A stretch of 64,000 bases of DNA. Source: Squalus acanthias (lineage: Eukaryota). The notes below the pieces were generated by a model that saw only the letters and a program-made list of their open reading frames with translations, ran no database searches and was not told where the DNA came from. Positions 25,614 to 38,630 of the stretch are shown piece by piece. The DNA lies in contig CM059432.1 of assembly GCA_030390025.1 (NCBI GenBank), positions 30,258,001-30,322,000 of the forward strand, read 5' to 3'. Each line of letters starts with the position of its first letter. Within the stretch, counting starts at the first letter, position 1. The translations under genes and the position numbers were made by a program.

Positions 25614-26746
25614 GCTTGGCAGCAAAATGGATTCACAGGTCTCTCCAGGCTGAGATTCAAGGCTGCAGTGAGCAGGGTGTGGCTGGGGAGCAAGTGGCCC
25701 CCCCCCGGTTTAAGAAGTGTCCGGCGCCAGTGTGTCTGTGTTCCCTCGCTAACTGGCAGCAGCTGCGCTGCGCTCGCGCGCTGAGTTAGCGCCTCACTCC
25801 TTGGCCTTTGCGCCTTAAGACAGGTGTGCAGCGCCTGCTTTAGCGCTCCACTCACCTCCCGGGGCGGTAAAAGTGAAGTTTCCTGTCAGTGCCGATAATT
25901 AGCGCCAGGCGCTAATATTTGCGTCCGGACGATATTTGCGCCCCAAATGGGGCGCAACCTAATTTCTACCCCTTGGTGTTTCCTGGTCAAGTGACCGAGC
26001 GTCTCTTCACAGGTGCTGATTATGGAGGCCTTGAGTGCAGACCAGGCGCTGTGGGCACTCTGTGTCTCTGCATCACTGGGTGTCATCAGGTTGGTTGTGA
26101 GGCGCAGGCTGAATATGGCTTTCTTAGCGGGGTCTTTGAGTGCTCCAGCGTTGATTTTCCTGCGGCATTGCTTCTGTTGCTGCCGCTGTTTTGGGGCTAC
26201 GTTGATGGAGATGACAGAGTGGATTAGGCGATGGTCTGTCCAGCAGTCGTCAGCTCCTGTCATGGCGTGGGTGATGCGGACGTCCTTGCGGTTCCTCGCT
26301 TGGACGATGACGTAGTCCAGCAGATGCCAGTGCTTGGAGCGAAGGTGTTGCCATGAAGCCTTGTACTTGTCTCTCTGACGGAACACGGTGTTGGTTATGA
26401 CAAGGCCATGTTCTAAGCATTTTGGCAGGAGGAGGGTACCATTGGAGTTGGCTTTCCCTACCCCCTCTCTGCCGATCACACCTCCCCAGAGGTCTGTGTC
26501 CTTTCCAACTCTGGCGTTAAAGTCGCCAATGAGGATCAGCTTGTCGGCCGTTGGGACTCGGGAAAGGGAGTGTTCGAGGCTGGAGTAGAATTCCTCTTTG
26601 GTCTCGTCTGTGGCTTCCAGTGTTGGGGCGTACACACTGATGACTGTAGCGCACTGGTTCCAGGCTAGGGTGAGCTGTAGAGTCATGAGGCGTTCGTTTA
26701 TTCCACAAGGGGAGTCTCTGAGATGTTCAACTAGCTCATTTTTTTT

Positions 26747-27053
26747 TACTGCTTCATATCACAGTTCAAAGAACCATTGCATTTCCACAACTAGGAACTA
26801 GCAGAGAACAGTAACAAAGCGCTACCAACAGCTCAATTGGTAAATGTTTTGCAGATGCTGAGGGCCCCACCACTAACCCGGCTGAGATCTGCTGACAGGG
26901 CTCAAACATGAGAGCTTTCTTTTTCTGCATGCCTTAGTTTCACAGGAGGTAAAACATTTACCAATTGAGCTGTTGGTAGTGCTTTGTTACTGTTCTATGC
27001 TAGTTCTAGTTGTGGAAATGCAATGGTTCTTTGAACAGTGATATGAAGCAGTA
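26747..27053. repeat. Inverted repeat with about 104-bp arms and a 100-bp spacer
   Basis: 26747-26850 is the reverse complement of 26951-27053, with about 3 substitutions and 1 indel. Confidence 0.95.
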
Positions 27054-27379
27054 CAACATTCCCTAGCTGTTCTTTGATATCTATTTCAAAATGGAACAGG
27101 ACTCCAGTATGTAGGTTTTCATACAAACCTGAATGGAAATGTCAAGTTTACAAAGGGGGTAATTAACCTAATAATAAAATCATCATAGTAACAGCAGGCC
27201 AGCTCGCTCAAAGATGACACAGAACCAAAATATTGCTATGATTAACGAAAGACAGTACTTGCATTTGTATAGTGCCTTTCCCAAACTCAGGACGTCCCAA
27301 AGCACTTTACAGTCATGAAGTACTTTTTGAAGTATAGTCACTATTGCAATGTAGGAAACGCGGCAGCTAATTTGTGCAC

Positions 27380-29235
27380 AACATTCCGGATGTCGTGCTG
27401 AAGACGTGTGCTCCAGAACTAGCCGCGCCTCTCGTCAAGGTGTTCCAGTCCAGCTACAACACTGGCATCTACCCGACAATGTGGAAAACTGCCCAGGTAT
27501 GTCCCGTCCACAAAAATCAGGACAAATCCAATCCGGCCAATTACTGTCCCATCAGTCTACTCTCAATCGTCAGCAAAGTGATGGAAGGTGTCGTCGACAG
27601 TGCTATCAAGCGGCACTTACTCACCAATAACCTCCGACATGGGCTCGACGGGCCGAATGGCCTTCTTCCGTGCTGTAACCATTCTATGATTCTAACCTGC
27701 TCACCGATGCTCGGTTTGGGTTCTGCCAGGACAACTCGGCTCCAGACCTCATTACAGCCTTGGTCCAAACATGGACAAAAGAGCTGAATTCCAGAGGTGA
27801 GGTGAGAGTGACTGCCCTTGACATCAAAGCAGCATTTGACCGAGTGTGGCATCAAGGAACCCCAGTACAATTGAAGTCAATTGGAATCAGGAGGAATACT
27901 CTCCACCGGCTGGAGTCACACCTAGTTTAAAGGAAGATGGTTGTGGTTGCTGGAGGCCAATCATCTCAGCCTCAGGACATCGCTGCAGGAGTTCCTCAGG
28001 GCAGTGTCCTAGGCCCAACCATCTTCAGCTGCTTCATCAATGATCTTCCCTCCATCATAAGGTCAGAAGTGGGGATGTTCGCTGATGATTGCACAGTGTT
28101 CAGTTCCATTTGCAACTTCTCAGATAACAAGATCCAAAAATGTGCGGGTTAGGTTGATTTGGCTATGATAAATTGACCCTTAGTGTTAGGGGGGATTAAA
28201 TATGTGGGGTTATGGGGATAGGATGGGATATGTTAGGGGGAATTAAATACGTGGGGTTACGGGGGTAGGGTGGGATATGTGTACTGTGGGGATTAAAGCA
28301 GGGATAGGGTACTGGATTTGGATGATCAGCCATGATCGTATTGAATGGTGGAGCAGGCTCGACGGGCCGAATGGCCTACTCCTGCTCCTAGATTCTATGT
28401 TTCTATGTAAGATAACAAGACCTGGATGACATTCAGGCTTGGGCTGATAAGTGGTAAGTAACATTCGCGCCAAACAAGTGCCAGGCAATGACTATCTCCA
28501 AGAAGAAAGCGTCTAACCACCGCGCCTTGTAATTCAATGGCATTACCATCACCGAATCCCCCACCATCAACATCCTGGGGTCACCATTGACCAGAAATTT
28601 AACTGAAACATAACTACTGTGGCTACAAGAGCAGGTCAGAAGCTGGGTATTCTGCGGTGAGTGTCTCATCTCCTGACTCCCCAAAGCCTTTCCACCATCT
28701 ACAAGGCACAAGTCAGGAGTGTGATGGAATACTCTCACTTGCCTGGATGAGTACAGCTCCAACAACACTCAAGAAGCTCGAAACCATCCAGGACAAAGCC
28801 ACCCGCTTGATTGGCACCCCATCCACCACCTTAAACATTCACTCCCTCCACCACCAGCGCATCGTGGCTGCAGTGTGTGCCATCTACAAGATGCACTGCA
28901 GCAACTTACCAAGGCTTCTTCGACAGCACTTCCCAAACCCGCAACCTCTACCACCTAGAAGGACAAGGCCCCAGGCACATAGGGACACCACCACCTCCAA
29001 ATTCGTCTCCAAGTCACACACCATCCTGACTTGAAATATATTGCCTTTCCTTCATCATCGCTGGGTCAAAATCCCAGAACTCCCTCCCTAACAGCACTAT
29101 GGGAGTACCTTCACCACATGGACTACAGCGGTTCAAGAAGGCGGCTCACCACCACCTTCTCAAGGGCAATTAGGGATGGGCAATAAATGCTGGTCTTGCC
29201 AGCGACACCCATATCCCAGGAATGAATAAAAAAAA
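27380..29235 (+). mobile_element. CR1-like LINE, RT region to 3' end, with two nested retroposon inserts
   Basis: NPANYCPISLLS, LDIKAAFDRVWH, GVPQGSVLGP and MFADD. Poly-A end. A short tail insert at about 27634-27692 is flanked by TAACCT. Confidence 0.9.
28133..28409 (+). mobile_element. Headless HE1-like SINE
   Basis: TSD AGATAACAAGA (28122-28132, 28410-28420). Same start point as the 11985 copy. Confidence 0.85.
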
Positions 29236-30569
29236 GAAAGGTCCCACAAACAGTAATGTGACAATGACGAGATTATCTATTTTTAGTGATGTTGGTTGTG
29301 GGATAAATGTTGGCTAGGGAACCCGGGAGAACTGCCCTGCTCTTCTTTGAAATAGTGCTGTGGGATCTTTTACATCTATCTGAGAGAGCAGACAGGGCCT
29401 TGGTTAACACCTCATCCGAAAGATAGCACCTCCGACAGTGCAGCACATCCTCAGTACTACACTGAAATGCCAGCCTCGATTATGTGCTCATGTCTTTTGT
29501 GTGTGACTTGAACTCCCAACCTACTGACTCAGCAGCGAGAGTTCTATCACTGAGCCACGCCTGATACTTTAAAGAGGAGGAAAGAGGTGTCCTGGCCGAC
29601 ATACTTCCCTGAACTTAGAGCACCAAAAACAGAGTTCCTCATTGCTTTGCTCATTGCCCCCTAATGGGCTCTTGAGTGAAACCACAGTGGCCTTGTGAAT
29701 GAGGAATTATTTGACTGGAAAGAATTGTATTACAGGCAAGGGACCAAACAAAATCACACCACTCTCTCCACAGTTACGTGTATTGCTTCATTCAAAGAAC
29801 AACAACTTGCATTTAATGTAGCAAGACCTGCAAAGCAGCTTTACAGTTGGGCGTCAGCCCTGAGCAGGAGTAAGAGGATTGGGGATGGTGGGTGGAGTAG
29901 GGGGTTAGGGAGGGGTCCAAAAGCAGTCATAGAGGACTTTTTAAAGGAGACGTTTGAAAGCTATGGAAAGCCGTGACGTCACTTTGCTGTGGGAAGATCA
30001 CCTTCAGAATGCAACTAATCAGAATTTTTAGAAATCTGACCAAGTTTAAAAAGAATCTTTGAATTATTAGTTCATTAAATTTTGGTTTCGTCAGTGTTTT
30101 GCATGAAATAGTATTTTTACACAGTGTGCCACAAGGAGGTGCTATTACCTGTTGTTTGCAATGAAATGTCTCCGTACCAATCAGCTTTTCATTATTATAG
30201 AAAGAAAGAGTTGATGTTTCTAATTTACAGCATTTAATTTTCTCTGTAAATTATTTTCCTTTTTTTTGCCTTTTCATCTCCCTTATAATATCTCTAATAC
30301 AACAACTCCAGTTAACGAATAATCTTCAGTTTCACAGTTTCAATTATGTTAAATGACGATCTTTACATATTTGACTGAAATTTGGTGCACGGCAGGTTCC
30401 AATTTCAGGTGCCCAGTGTCTGGATCAAATGCCCCCAGGGTCAGCCATAACACAGCCATGTGTATAGTGAGCCTCTCTTTATTCTAACCCGGCAATTTCT
30501 TAATCTCAAGCTCAGATGAACACTATCTACTGTATCAGTGCCGTATATCCTTATCCCAAACCAACCTTG

Positions 30570-31245
30570 GAATATAGGAACAGGAGTAGGCCATTGAGCC
30601 TCTCGAACCTGTTCCACCATTCAATGAGATCATGGCTAATCTGCGACCTAACTCCAAATACCTGCCTTTGGCCCATATCCCTTAATACCTTTGGTTAACA
30701 AAAATCTATCAATCTCCGATTTAAAATTAACAATAGATCAAGCATCAATTGCTGTTTGGGAACGAGAGTTTCTACCACCCTTTGTGTGTAGAAGTGTTTC
30801 CTAATTTCACTCCTGAAAGGTCTGACTCTAATTTTTAGACTATGCCCCCTAGTCCTAGACTCCCCAACCAGCAGATATAGTTTCTCTCTCTCTACCCTAT
30901 CGGTTCCCTTTAATATCTTGAAAATTTCGATCAGATCACCTCTTAACCTTCTAAATTCTCGGGAATACAACCCTAATTTGTGTAATCTCTCCTCGTAATT
31001 TAACCCTTGGAGTCCGGGTATCATTCTGGTAAACCAACGCTGCACTCCCTCCAAGGCCAATATATCCTTTCTAAGGTGTGGTGCCCAGAACTGCTCACAG
31101 TACTCCAGGTGTGGTCTAACCAGGGTTTTGTATAGCTGCAGCATAACTTCTACCTGCTTGTATTCTAGTCCTCTAGATATAAAGGCCAGCATTCCATTAG
31201 CCTTTTTGATTATTTTCTGTACCTGTTCATGACATTTTAATGAAC
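30570..31245 (-). mobile_element. CR1 LINE 3' fragment
   Basis: KANGMLAFI...[18 protein letters not shown]...RGDLIE. Confidence 0.9.
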
Positions 31246-31520
31246 CGTTTTTATAATCTTCCAATTTGGTAAAACTGGTTGCAGTTTGGTGCTGTGTACA
31301 GATTCCGATTACGTAGCCTCGGCTTCTCTCTTTGGATTTCCCTCCCTAAGCCCCTCCACCTTTGTACTTCTCTCTGCTCCTTTAAAACCTTCTCATAATC
31401 TATATTTTCAACCAAGCTTTCAGTCACTCGCTCACCGTGGCTCGATGTTCATTATATTATCCCCTTTTATTTATTTTTTCTCCCAGCTCTGCAAGCGCCT
31501 TGGGATATTTTCTACGTTAA

Positions 31521-32047
31521 GGGGTAGAAACTGGTATGCATTGCACCTGTGTTTTAGATGTAAATCAGTTGTAAAACATACCAATGTAGCAGTGGGAGGG
31601 CCTGCGCCCAGTCTGCGCAAGTGATGGCCACACTGCTAAATTTGTGGGGCCCTATTTTTAGGCGTCTAGGGTGGATACTTAAAACTGGCATTAGATCCCA
31701 CAAATATGCAAATTATTGGCCCAACGCCTGTTGAAAAACTCATCCTGTGGAGCCAGGATGAGCAGGAGTGCTCCCGAGTCGCGATCGCACTGCCTCTATA
31801 GCCTGCTCCAATCCCCTTTCCTGGGACTTACCCGAGGGTCTCTTCCAGTGAGGTAGACGGTCTGACACTAATGTCACTCGGACAAGCTGCCTCTGGAGGC
31901 AAGACCAGCATTGGCAACTCGCGCCAAGTATGTGAATGAGGCACAAGGATGAATTTCCATCAATTTTCTGGTCTCTAGTTTGGGCATGTGCTGTTTGTGC
32001 AGCACCGAGTCTGGGCTTGAAAACGGGACCAGAATAATTTCTAGGCC
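31521..32047. mobile_element. Harbinger-type MITE inserted in an L2/SINE tail
   Basis: Termini GGGGTAGAAACT and AATTTCTAGGCC. TSD TAA on both sides. Confidence 0.75.
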
Positions 32048-32154
32048 TAAATTTGCTATATAAATGCAAGTTGCTGTAGGTTGAAACATCCCAAAACACC
32101 AGTTAATTAAGGACATTCTACTACCATTTGTATGAAAAAGTGCTTCCAGCTTTC

Positions 32155-33390
32155 TTTTTTTTTATTAGTTCCTGGGATGTGGGCATCGCTGGCAAGGCCA
32201 GCATTTATTGCCCATCCCTAATTGCCCTTGAGAAGGTGGTGGTGAGCTGCCTTCTTGAACCGCTGCAGTCCGTGTGGTAAAGGTACTCCCACAGTGCTGT
32301 TAGGAAGGGAGTTCCAGGATTTTGACCAGGCGACTATGAAGGAACAGCGATATACTTCCAAGGCAGGATGATGTGTGACTTGGAGGGGAACTTGGAGGTG
32401 ATGGTGTTCCCATGCTGCCTGCTGCCCTTGTCCTTCTTGGTGGTAAAGGTCGTGGGTTTAGGAGATGCTGTCGAAGAAGCCTTGGTGAGTTGCTGCAGTG
32501 CATCTTGTAGATGGTACACACTGCAGTCACGGTACTCTGGTGGTGGAGGGAGTGAATGTTTAAGCTGGTGGATGGAGTGCCAATCAAGTGGGCTGCTTTG
32601 TCCTGGCTGGTGTCGAGCTTCTTGAGTGTTGTTGGAGCTGCACTCATCCAGGCAAGTGGAGAGTATTCCATCACACTCCTGACTTGCACCTTGTAGATGG
32701 TGGAAAGGCTTTGGGGAGTCAGGAGGTGAGACACTTGCCGCAGAATACCCAGCCTCTGACCTGCTCTTGTTGCCACAGTATTTATGTGGCTGGTCCAGTT
32801 AAGTTTCTGGTCAATGGTGACGCCCAGGATGTTGATGGTGGGGGATTCAGTGATGGTAATGCCATTGAATGACAAGGGGCGGTGGTTAGACTCTCGCATG
32901 TTGGAGAGAGTCATTGCCTGGGACTTATTTGGCGCAAATGTTACTTACCACTTATCAGCCCAAGCCTGAATGTCATCCAGGTCTTGCTGCTTGCGGGCAA
33001 TCATTATCTGAGGAGTTGCAAATGGAACTGAACACTGTGCAATCATCAGCGAACATCCCCACTTCTGACCTTATGATGGAGGGAAGATCATTGATGAAGC
33101 AGCTGAAGAGGGTTGGGCCTAGGATACTGCCCTGAGGAACTCCTGCAGTGATGTCCTGAGGCTGAGATAATTGGCCCTGAATGATTTCGCTCCTGAATGT
33201 CCTCGCTCTAATTTTAAGATTATGTACCCTCATTCTTGATTCCCCCACCAGAGGAAATGGTTTCTCTGTATCTACCCTGTCAAATCCTTTTAATATTATA
33301 AACACTTCGATCAGATCATCCTTTAATCTCCCATACTTAAGGGAATACAAGCCAAGTTTATCCAACCTGGATTTATAATTTAACCCTTTA
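32155..33390 (-). mobile_element. CR1-like LINE 3' part (same family as 27380) abutting another CR1 fragment at about 33180-33390
   Basis: GVPQGSILGP, MFADD and ILGVTIDQKLNW, plus LGLYSL...DLIEVF. Confidence 0.88.
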
Positions 33391-35325
33391 AGCAGAGTAC
33401 TCTCACATTGAGTACCATGGAATACTATTACATATTGTATAAAAGGTAAAGGATGGCTGACATCAAATTATGACACTGCAGTCAAAATGAGAGCCTGCTG
33501 ATAACTACAAAATGTGAGCGTGAGATCAATTGCATCCTTTAATGGCTCAAAAGCTTTTTATCTTAAATAAGATATACTGGACCAAAATTGCACTTCCCCA
33601 ATGTGAGCCTACAGGGTTAAAAACCCTACATGAACATTATTACCTGACCTAGAGCACCATATTCAGAATATCGCTGTTGTAATTTGAGTAATGTGAGGAT
33701 CTGTAATAAAGATTAAAGACACAAGCGATAACCATTAAATAGTGCCCATAGCCAGGGAGCAAATATGCAGCATTACACATGATTAACTTATGCTTGCAAG
33801 GCTGATACCATCAAGTTATTCTTTTTTAATCTATCATTGTTTCTCACTCCTGTGCCTGCTTTCTTTCACCGTTTCAAGATATTCCCTAGCCAGATAAATA
33901 TTCAAAGTCAAATGACCCTGTGTGGATGAGGGAAAAGCCTGCAGGATGGATGAGCAGGCTGACCATGGCACCATGGTGCAGGAGGCCATTCAAGTGGGGG
34001 GAGTGAAAGGGAATGTAGTTGTGGTAGGGGACAGTATAGTCGGGGATAGATACTGTTCTCTGCAGCCACGACCGAGAGTTCCGAAGTTTGTGTTGCCTGC
34101 CCGGTACCAGGGTTAAAGACATCTCCTCGCGGCTGGAGAAGAACTTGGAGTGGGAGGGGGAGGATCCAGTTGTCGTGGTCCATGTAAGAACCAACAACAT
34201 AGGTAGAACTAGGAATGAGGTTCTGCTGAGGGAGTTTGAGGAGCTAGGATCCAAATTAAAAAGCAGAACCTCAAAGGTAATAATCTCTGGATTGTTACCT
34301 GAGCCACGCTCAAATTGGCATAGGGGCAAACAGATTAGAGGTTTAAATGCGTGGCTCAAAGAGTGGCGTGGGGCATCGGTTCATGGGGCACTGGCACCAG
34401 TATTGGGGAAAGAGGGAGCTGTTCCACTGGGACAGGCTCCGCTTAAACTGCCTGGCGAACCGAATAACTAGGGCAGTAGACAGGGCTTTAAACTAATGAA
34501 GGGGGGTGCGAGAGGATTCAGGAAAGAGTAAATTTAAAAGCAGCGAGAGAAATGTCAAGGCTGTAGAGCAGAGTAGAGTTTTGGGTAAAAATAAGCAGAG
34601 TGGGTCAGGAAGGGACAGAGAGAGTAACAAAGGTAATAAGGCATCAGTGACTAAGGTGACATCAGGGAAAAAGAGAAATAAGTCAAAGCTAAAGGCACTA
34701 TATCTGAATGCGCAAAGCATTCGCAACAAAATTAATTAATTAATAGCGCAGATAGAAATTAACAGGTTTGATCTGATAGCCATAACAGAGACATGGTTGC
34801 AAAGTGGCCAAGGTTGGGAACTAAATATTCCAGGTTACATAACTTTTAGAAGGGATAGGCAAAATGGAAAAGGAGGAGGGGTAGCCCTGATAATAAAGGA
34901 TGGGATAAAGACAGTAGAGAGAAAGGATCTTAGCTCCGAAAATCAAGAAGTAGAATCAGTTTGGGTGGAGCTAGGAAACAGCAAGGGGCAGAAAAAATTG
35001 GTGGGAGTTGCTTATAGACCCCCAAACAATAGTTGTAATGTAGGGCAGAGTATAAATCAGGAAATTAGAGGCACATGTAACAAGGTTAATACAGTGATCA
35101 TGGGGGACTTTAATCTACATATAGACTGGACAAACCAAATTTGCAGTAATAGTGTGGAGGATGAATTCATGGAATGTATGCAAGATAGTTTTCTAGATCA
35201 ATATGTTGAGGAACCAACTAGGGAACAGATTATTATAGATCTTGTATTGTGCAACGAGAAAGGGTTAATTAATAACCTTGTAGTAAAGGGACCTTTAGGG
35301 AAGAGTGAGCATATGATAGAATTTT

Positions 35326-35701
35326 AAAAAAACAACAGAAAATGCTGGAAAAACTCAGCAGGCCAGGCAGCATCCGTGGAGAGAGAAACAGAGTTAACAT
35401 TTCAGGTCGAAGACCCTTCGTCAGAACTGGATAAAGCAGGAAATGAAATAGATTTAAAGCAAGGATCAAGCTGGGAAAAGGGGGAGGGGATGAAAGAACA
35501 AAAGGAGAGATTAAGAGACATTGAGAGACATTAAGAGATGACCAAGGCAAGAGGAGGTGTTGATGTAACAGGTTGAGGCTAAATGAAGTGTGAAATGCAC
35601 TGGCAGAATGAAGGACAGCTGCCAGCTTCTAGGAGGAAAAAAAAGGGGGGGGGCCAAACAAAAGGGTGGATGAAAAAATAAAATATAATTGTGATAGGGG
35701 C
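35326..35701 (-). mobile_element. Penelope-like element end (second family) with hammerhead core at about 35400-35424
   Basis: Minus strand CTGACGAAGGGTCTTCGACCTGAAA followed by GATGCTGCCTGGCCTGCTGAG. Interrupts the CR1 endonuclease C-terminus. Confidence 0.75.
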
Positions 35702-35953
35702 TAAGGTTGAGTTTGAAAGTAACTTAGTTAAATCTGAAACTAGGGTCTTAAATCTAAACAAAGCAAACTACGTAGGTATGAGGGGCGAGTTGGCTAAGGT
35801 AGATTGGGAAACTACATTAAAAGGAATGACAGTGGATGAGCAATGGCTAGCATTTAAAGAATTAATACATAATTTACAACAAATATACATTCCTTTAAGG
35901 CACAAAAACCCCACAGGAAAAGTGGTCCAATCGTGGCTAACAAAAAAGATAAA

Positions 35954-36244
35954 AGGCTGGATTTTGATACTGGGGCGGGTTGGGGTCGTGTCATCCACTT
36001 TTCGTGTTATCCACCCGACTGCAATTGGATGTGGGAGATTGATGCAATTTTCACCTAATTGGGCAATTGAGTTCCAGCATGTGGGAACCCATGAACCAAT
36101 TAGTGTTTTCAGTCTGAAAGTCGCCTCTGATGATGTCATCATTGCTGCTGCATTGAAGGTCTTCAGAGAATGCCTGGCCTTTGCTGTGAGAGGACCTGGA
36201 TGCAAAATAAGCAGCAGCCCTAAGTCTGTTCCCAGATATTTTTA

Positions 36245-36279
<35 letters not shown>

Positions 36280-36587
36280 TCCATATCCAGATCCAGCCAG
36301 GTTTCACAATCGTAGTTCAGAACAGGCGTGCTTCACGTAGAACAAGGGTTAAAATCACAAAGGCCATTCAAAATGGCATTATAGAGCCAATTTAGTGCTT
36401 GTTAAGGGCCTTAACAGCCTATCCCGCCTCTTAGAGGTGGGACGGAGTCGGGACCATCAGACACGATGTCATGAAAATTGCATGGAGGCAGGATGGAGGC
36501 GGACTTGTGCCCGCCTGCCAGTTTTCGCAATTTTAACCCCCCACATGCCTCCAAACCCGCTTCCACGGGTCAATGAAAATCCAGCCC
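35954..36587. mobile_element. MITE derived from Harbinger family C
   Basis: TIR AGGCTGGATTTT/AAAATCCAGCCC. TSD AAA. The left end matches 61107 onward and the right end resembles 52851 onward. Confidence 0.9.
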
Positions 36588-36881
36588 AAAGATTGTATTA
36601 GATCAAAGGAAGAGTCTTATAAAGTTGCCAAAAAGAATAGTAAGCCTGAGGATTGGGAGGATTTTAGAATTCAGCAAACGGGGACCAAGAAATTGATAAA
36701 GAAAAGGAAAATAGAATATGAGAGTGAACTAGAGAGAGACATAAAAACAGACTGTAAAAGCTTCTATAGGTATGTAAAAAGGAAAAGATTAGCGAAAGTA
36801 AATGTGGGTCCCTTACAGGCTGAGACAGGAGAAAATGTAATGGGGAATAAGTAAATGGCCGAGAAATTAAACAAATACTTT

Positions 36882-37076
36882 GGCCGCGATTTTATCGGTA
36901 CTGAGAGGGCAGGTTTGGAGGCGGGTCAAGGGTTAAAATCGTTTTGATTGATGGCGGGTTCCGATCCCGCCGTCAACTTGCCTCCAAGCGTGGGCCAGAT
37001 GCAGTTGGGGGCGGGACTGGAAGCCGGAAACCACCTGGTCCACTCCCAACCCGCAGCCATTGACAAAATCGCAGCC
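36882..37076. mobile_element. 195-bp Harbinger-type MITE
   Basis: TIR GGCCGCGATTTT/AAAATCGCAGCC. TSD TTT. The CR1 rejoins on removal. Confidence 0.9.
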
Positions 37077-38630
37077 TTTGTGTCTGTCGTCATGAAAGAA
37101 GACGCAAAAAACTTCCCAGAAATAGTGGAGAACCAAGGGTCTGGCGAGAATGAGGAACTGAAAGAAATTAGTATCAGTAAAAAAGTAATACTGGAGAAAT
37201 TAATGGGACTGAAAGCCAATAAATCCCCTGGACCTGATGGCCTACACCCTAGGGTTTTGAAAGAGTTGGCTATAGAGATAGTGAATGCATTGGTTGTCAT
37301 TTTCCAAAATTCCATAGATTCTAGAATGGTTCCAGTGGATTGGAAGGTAGCAAATATAAACCCACTAATTAAGAAAGGAGGGAGAGAGCAAACTGGGAAC
37401 TACAGACCAGTTAGCCTGACATGAGTAGTCGACAAAATGCTAGAATCTATTATTAAGGATGTGGTGACAGGGCACTTAGAAAATAATAACAGGATTAGGC
37501 AGAGTCAACATGGATTTATGAAAATGAAATCGTGTTTGACAAATCTGTTAGAATTTTTTTGGGTTTTAACTAGCAGAATAGATAAAGGGGAACCAGTGGA
37601 TTTGGTGCATTTGGACTTTCAGAAGGCATTCGATAAGGTGCCACACAAGAGGTTATTAATCCAAATTAGGACTCATGGGATTGGGGGTAATATACTAGCA
37701 TGGATTGAGGGTTGGTTAATGGACAGAAAACAGAGAGTAGGAATAAACGGGTCATTTTCGGGGGGCAGGCTTGTGGGGTACCGCAAGGATCAGTGCTAGG
37801 GCCTCAGCTATTCACAATCTACATCAATGATTTGGATGAGGGGACCAAATGTAATATATCCAGGTTTGCTGATGATACAAAGCTGGGTGGGAATGTAAAT
37901 TGTGAGGAGGATGTAAGGAGGCTTCAAGGGGATATAGATAGGCTAAGTGAGTGGGCAAGAACATGGCAAATGGAATATAATGTGGAGAAATGTGAAGTTA
38001 TCCACTTTGGTAGGAAAAATAGAAAAGCAGAATATTTTTTAAATGGTGAGAGATTGGAAAATGTTGGTGTTCAGAGGGACCTGGGTGTCCTTGTACACGA
38101 ATCACTGAAAGTTAACATGCAGGTACAGCAAGCAATTAGGAAAGCAAATGGTAAGTTGGCCTTTATTACAAAAGGATTTGAGTATAAGAGTAAAGATGTT
38201 ACTGCAATTATATAGGGCCCTGGTGAGACCACACCTGGAGTATTGTGTACAGTTTTGGTCTCCTTACCTAAGGAAGGATATACTTGCCATAGAGGGAGTG
38301 CAATGAAGGTTCACCAGACTGGTTCCTGGAATGGGGGAATTGTCCTATGAGGAGAGATTGAGTAGACTAGGCCTATATTCTCTAGTATTTAGAAGAATGA
38401 GAGGTGATCTCATTGAAACATACAAAATTCTTACAGGACTTGACAGGGTAGATGCAGGGAGGATGTTTCCCCTGGCTGGGGAGTCTAGAACCAGGGGTCA
38501 CAGTCTCAGAATAAGGGCCGGCCATTTAGGACTGAGATGAAGAAACATTTTTCACTCAGAGGGTGGTGAATCTTTGGAATTCTCTACCCCAGAGGGCTGT
38601 GGAGGCTCAGTCGTTGAGTATATTCAAGAC

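Larger units (their letters stand above)
21771..25972 (+). mobile_element. Harbinger family B copy 1 (4202 bp), apparently intact and autonomous
   Basis: TIR GGGGTAAAAATT/AATTTCTACCCC. TSD TTG (21768-21770, 25973-25975). Both genes are open. Confidence 0.97.
19535..26742 (-). mobile_element. RTE-clade LINE, 5'-truncated and frameshifted, split by Harbinger B1
   Basis: Endonuclease motifs ISVYAPT, GDFNARVG, LLDYV and TDH. RT motifs NYRGVSLL, FFDLTKAFD, GVKQGC and QYADD. AAG-rich tail. Removing the Harbinger restores RKHQ|DWFD. Confidence 0.93.
27255..29565 (-). mobile_element. Deu-domain SINE split by a CR1 (pieces at about 27255-27380 and 29236-29565)
   Basis: Same body as 1121-1600. tRNA-like head at the right end (TCACTGAGCCACG). 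Confidence 0.7.
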
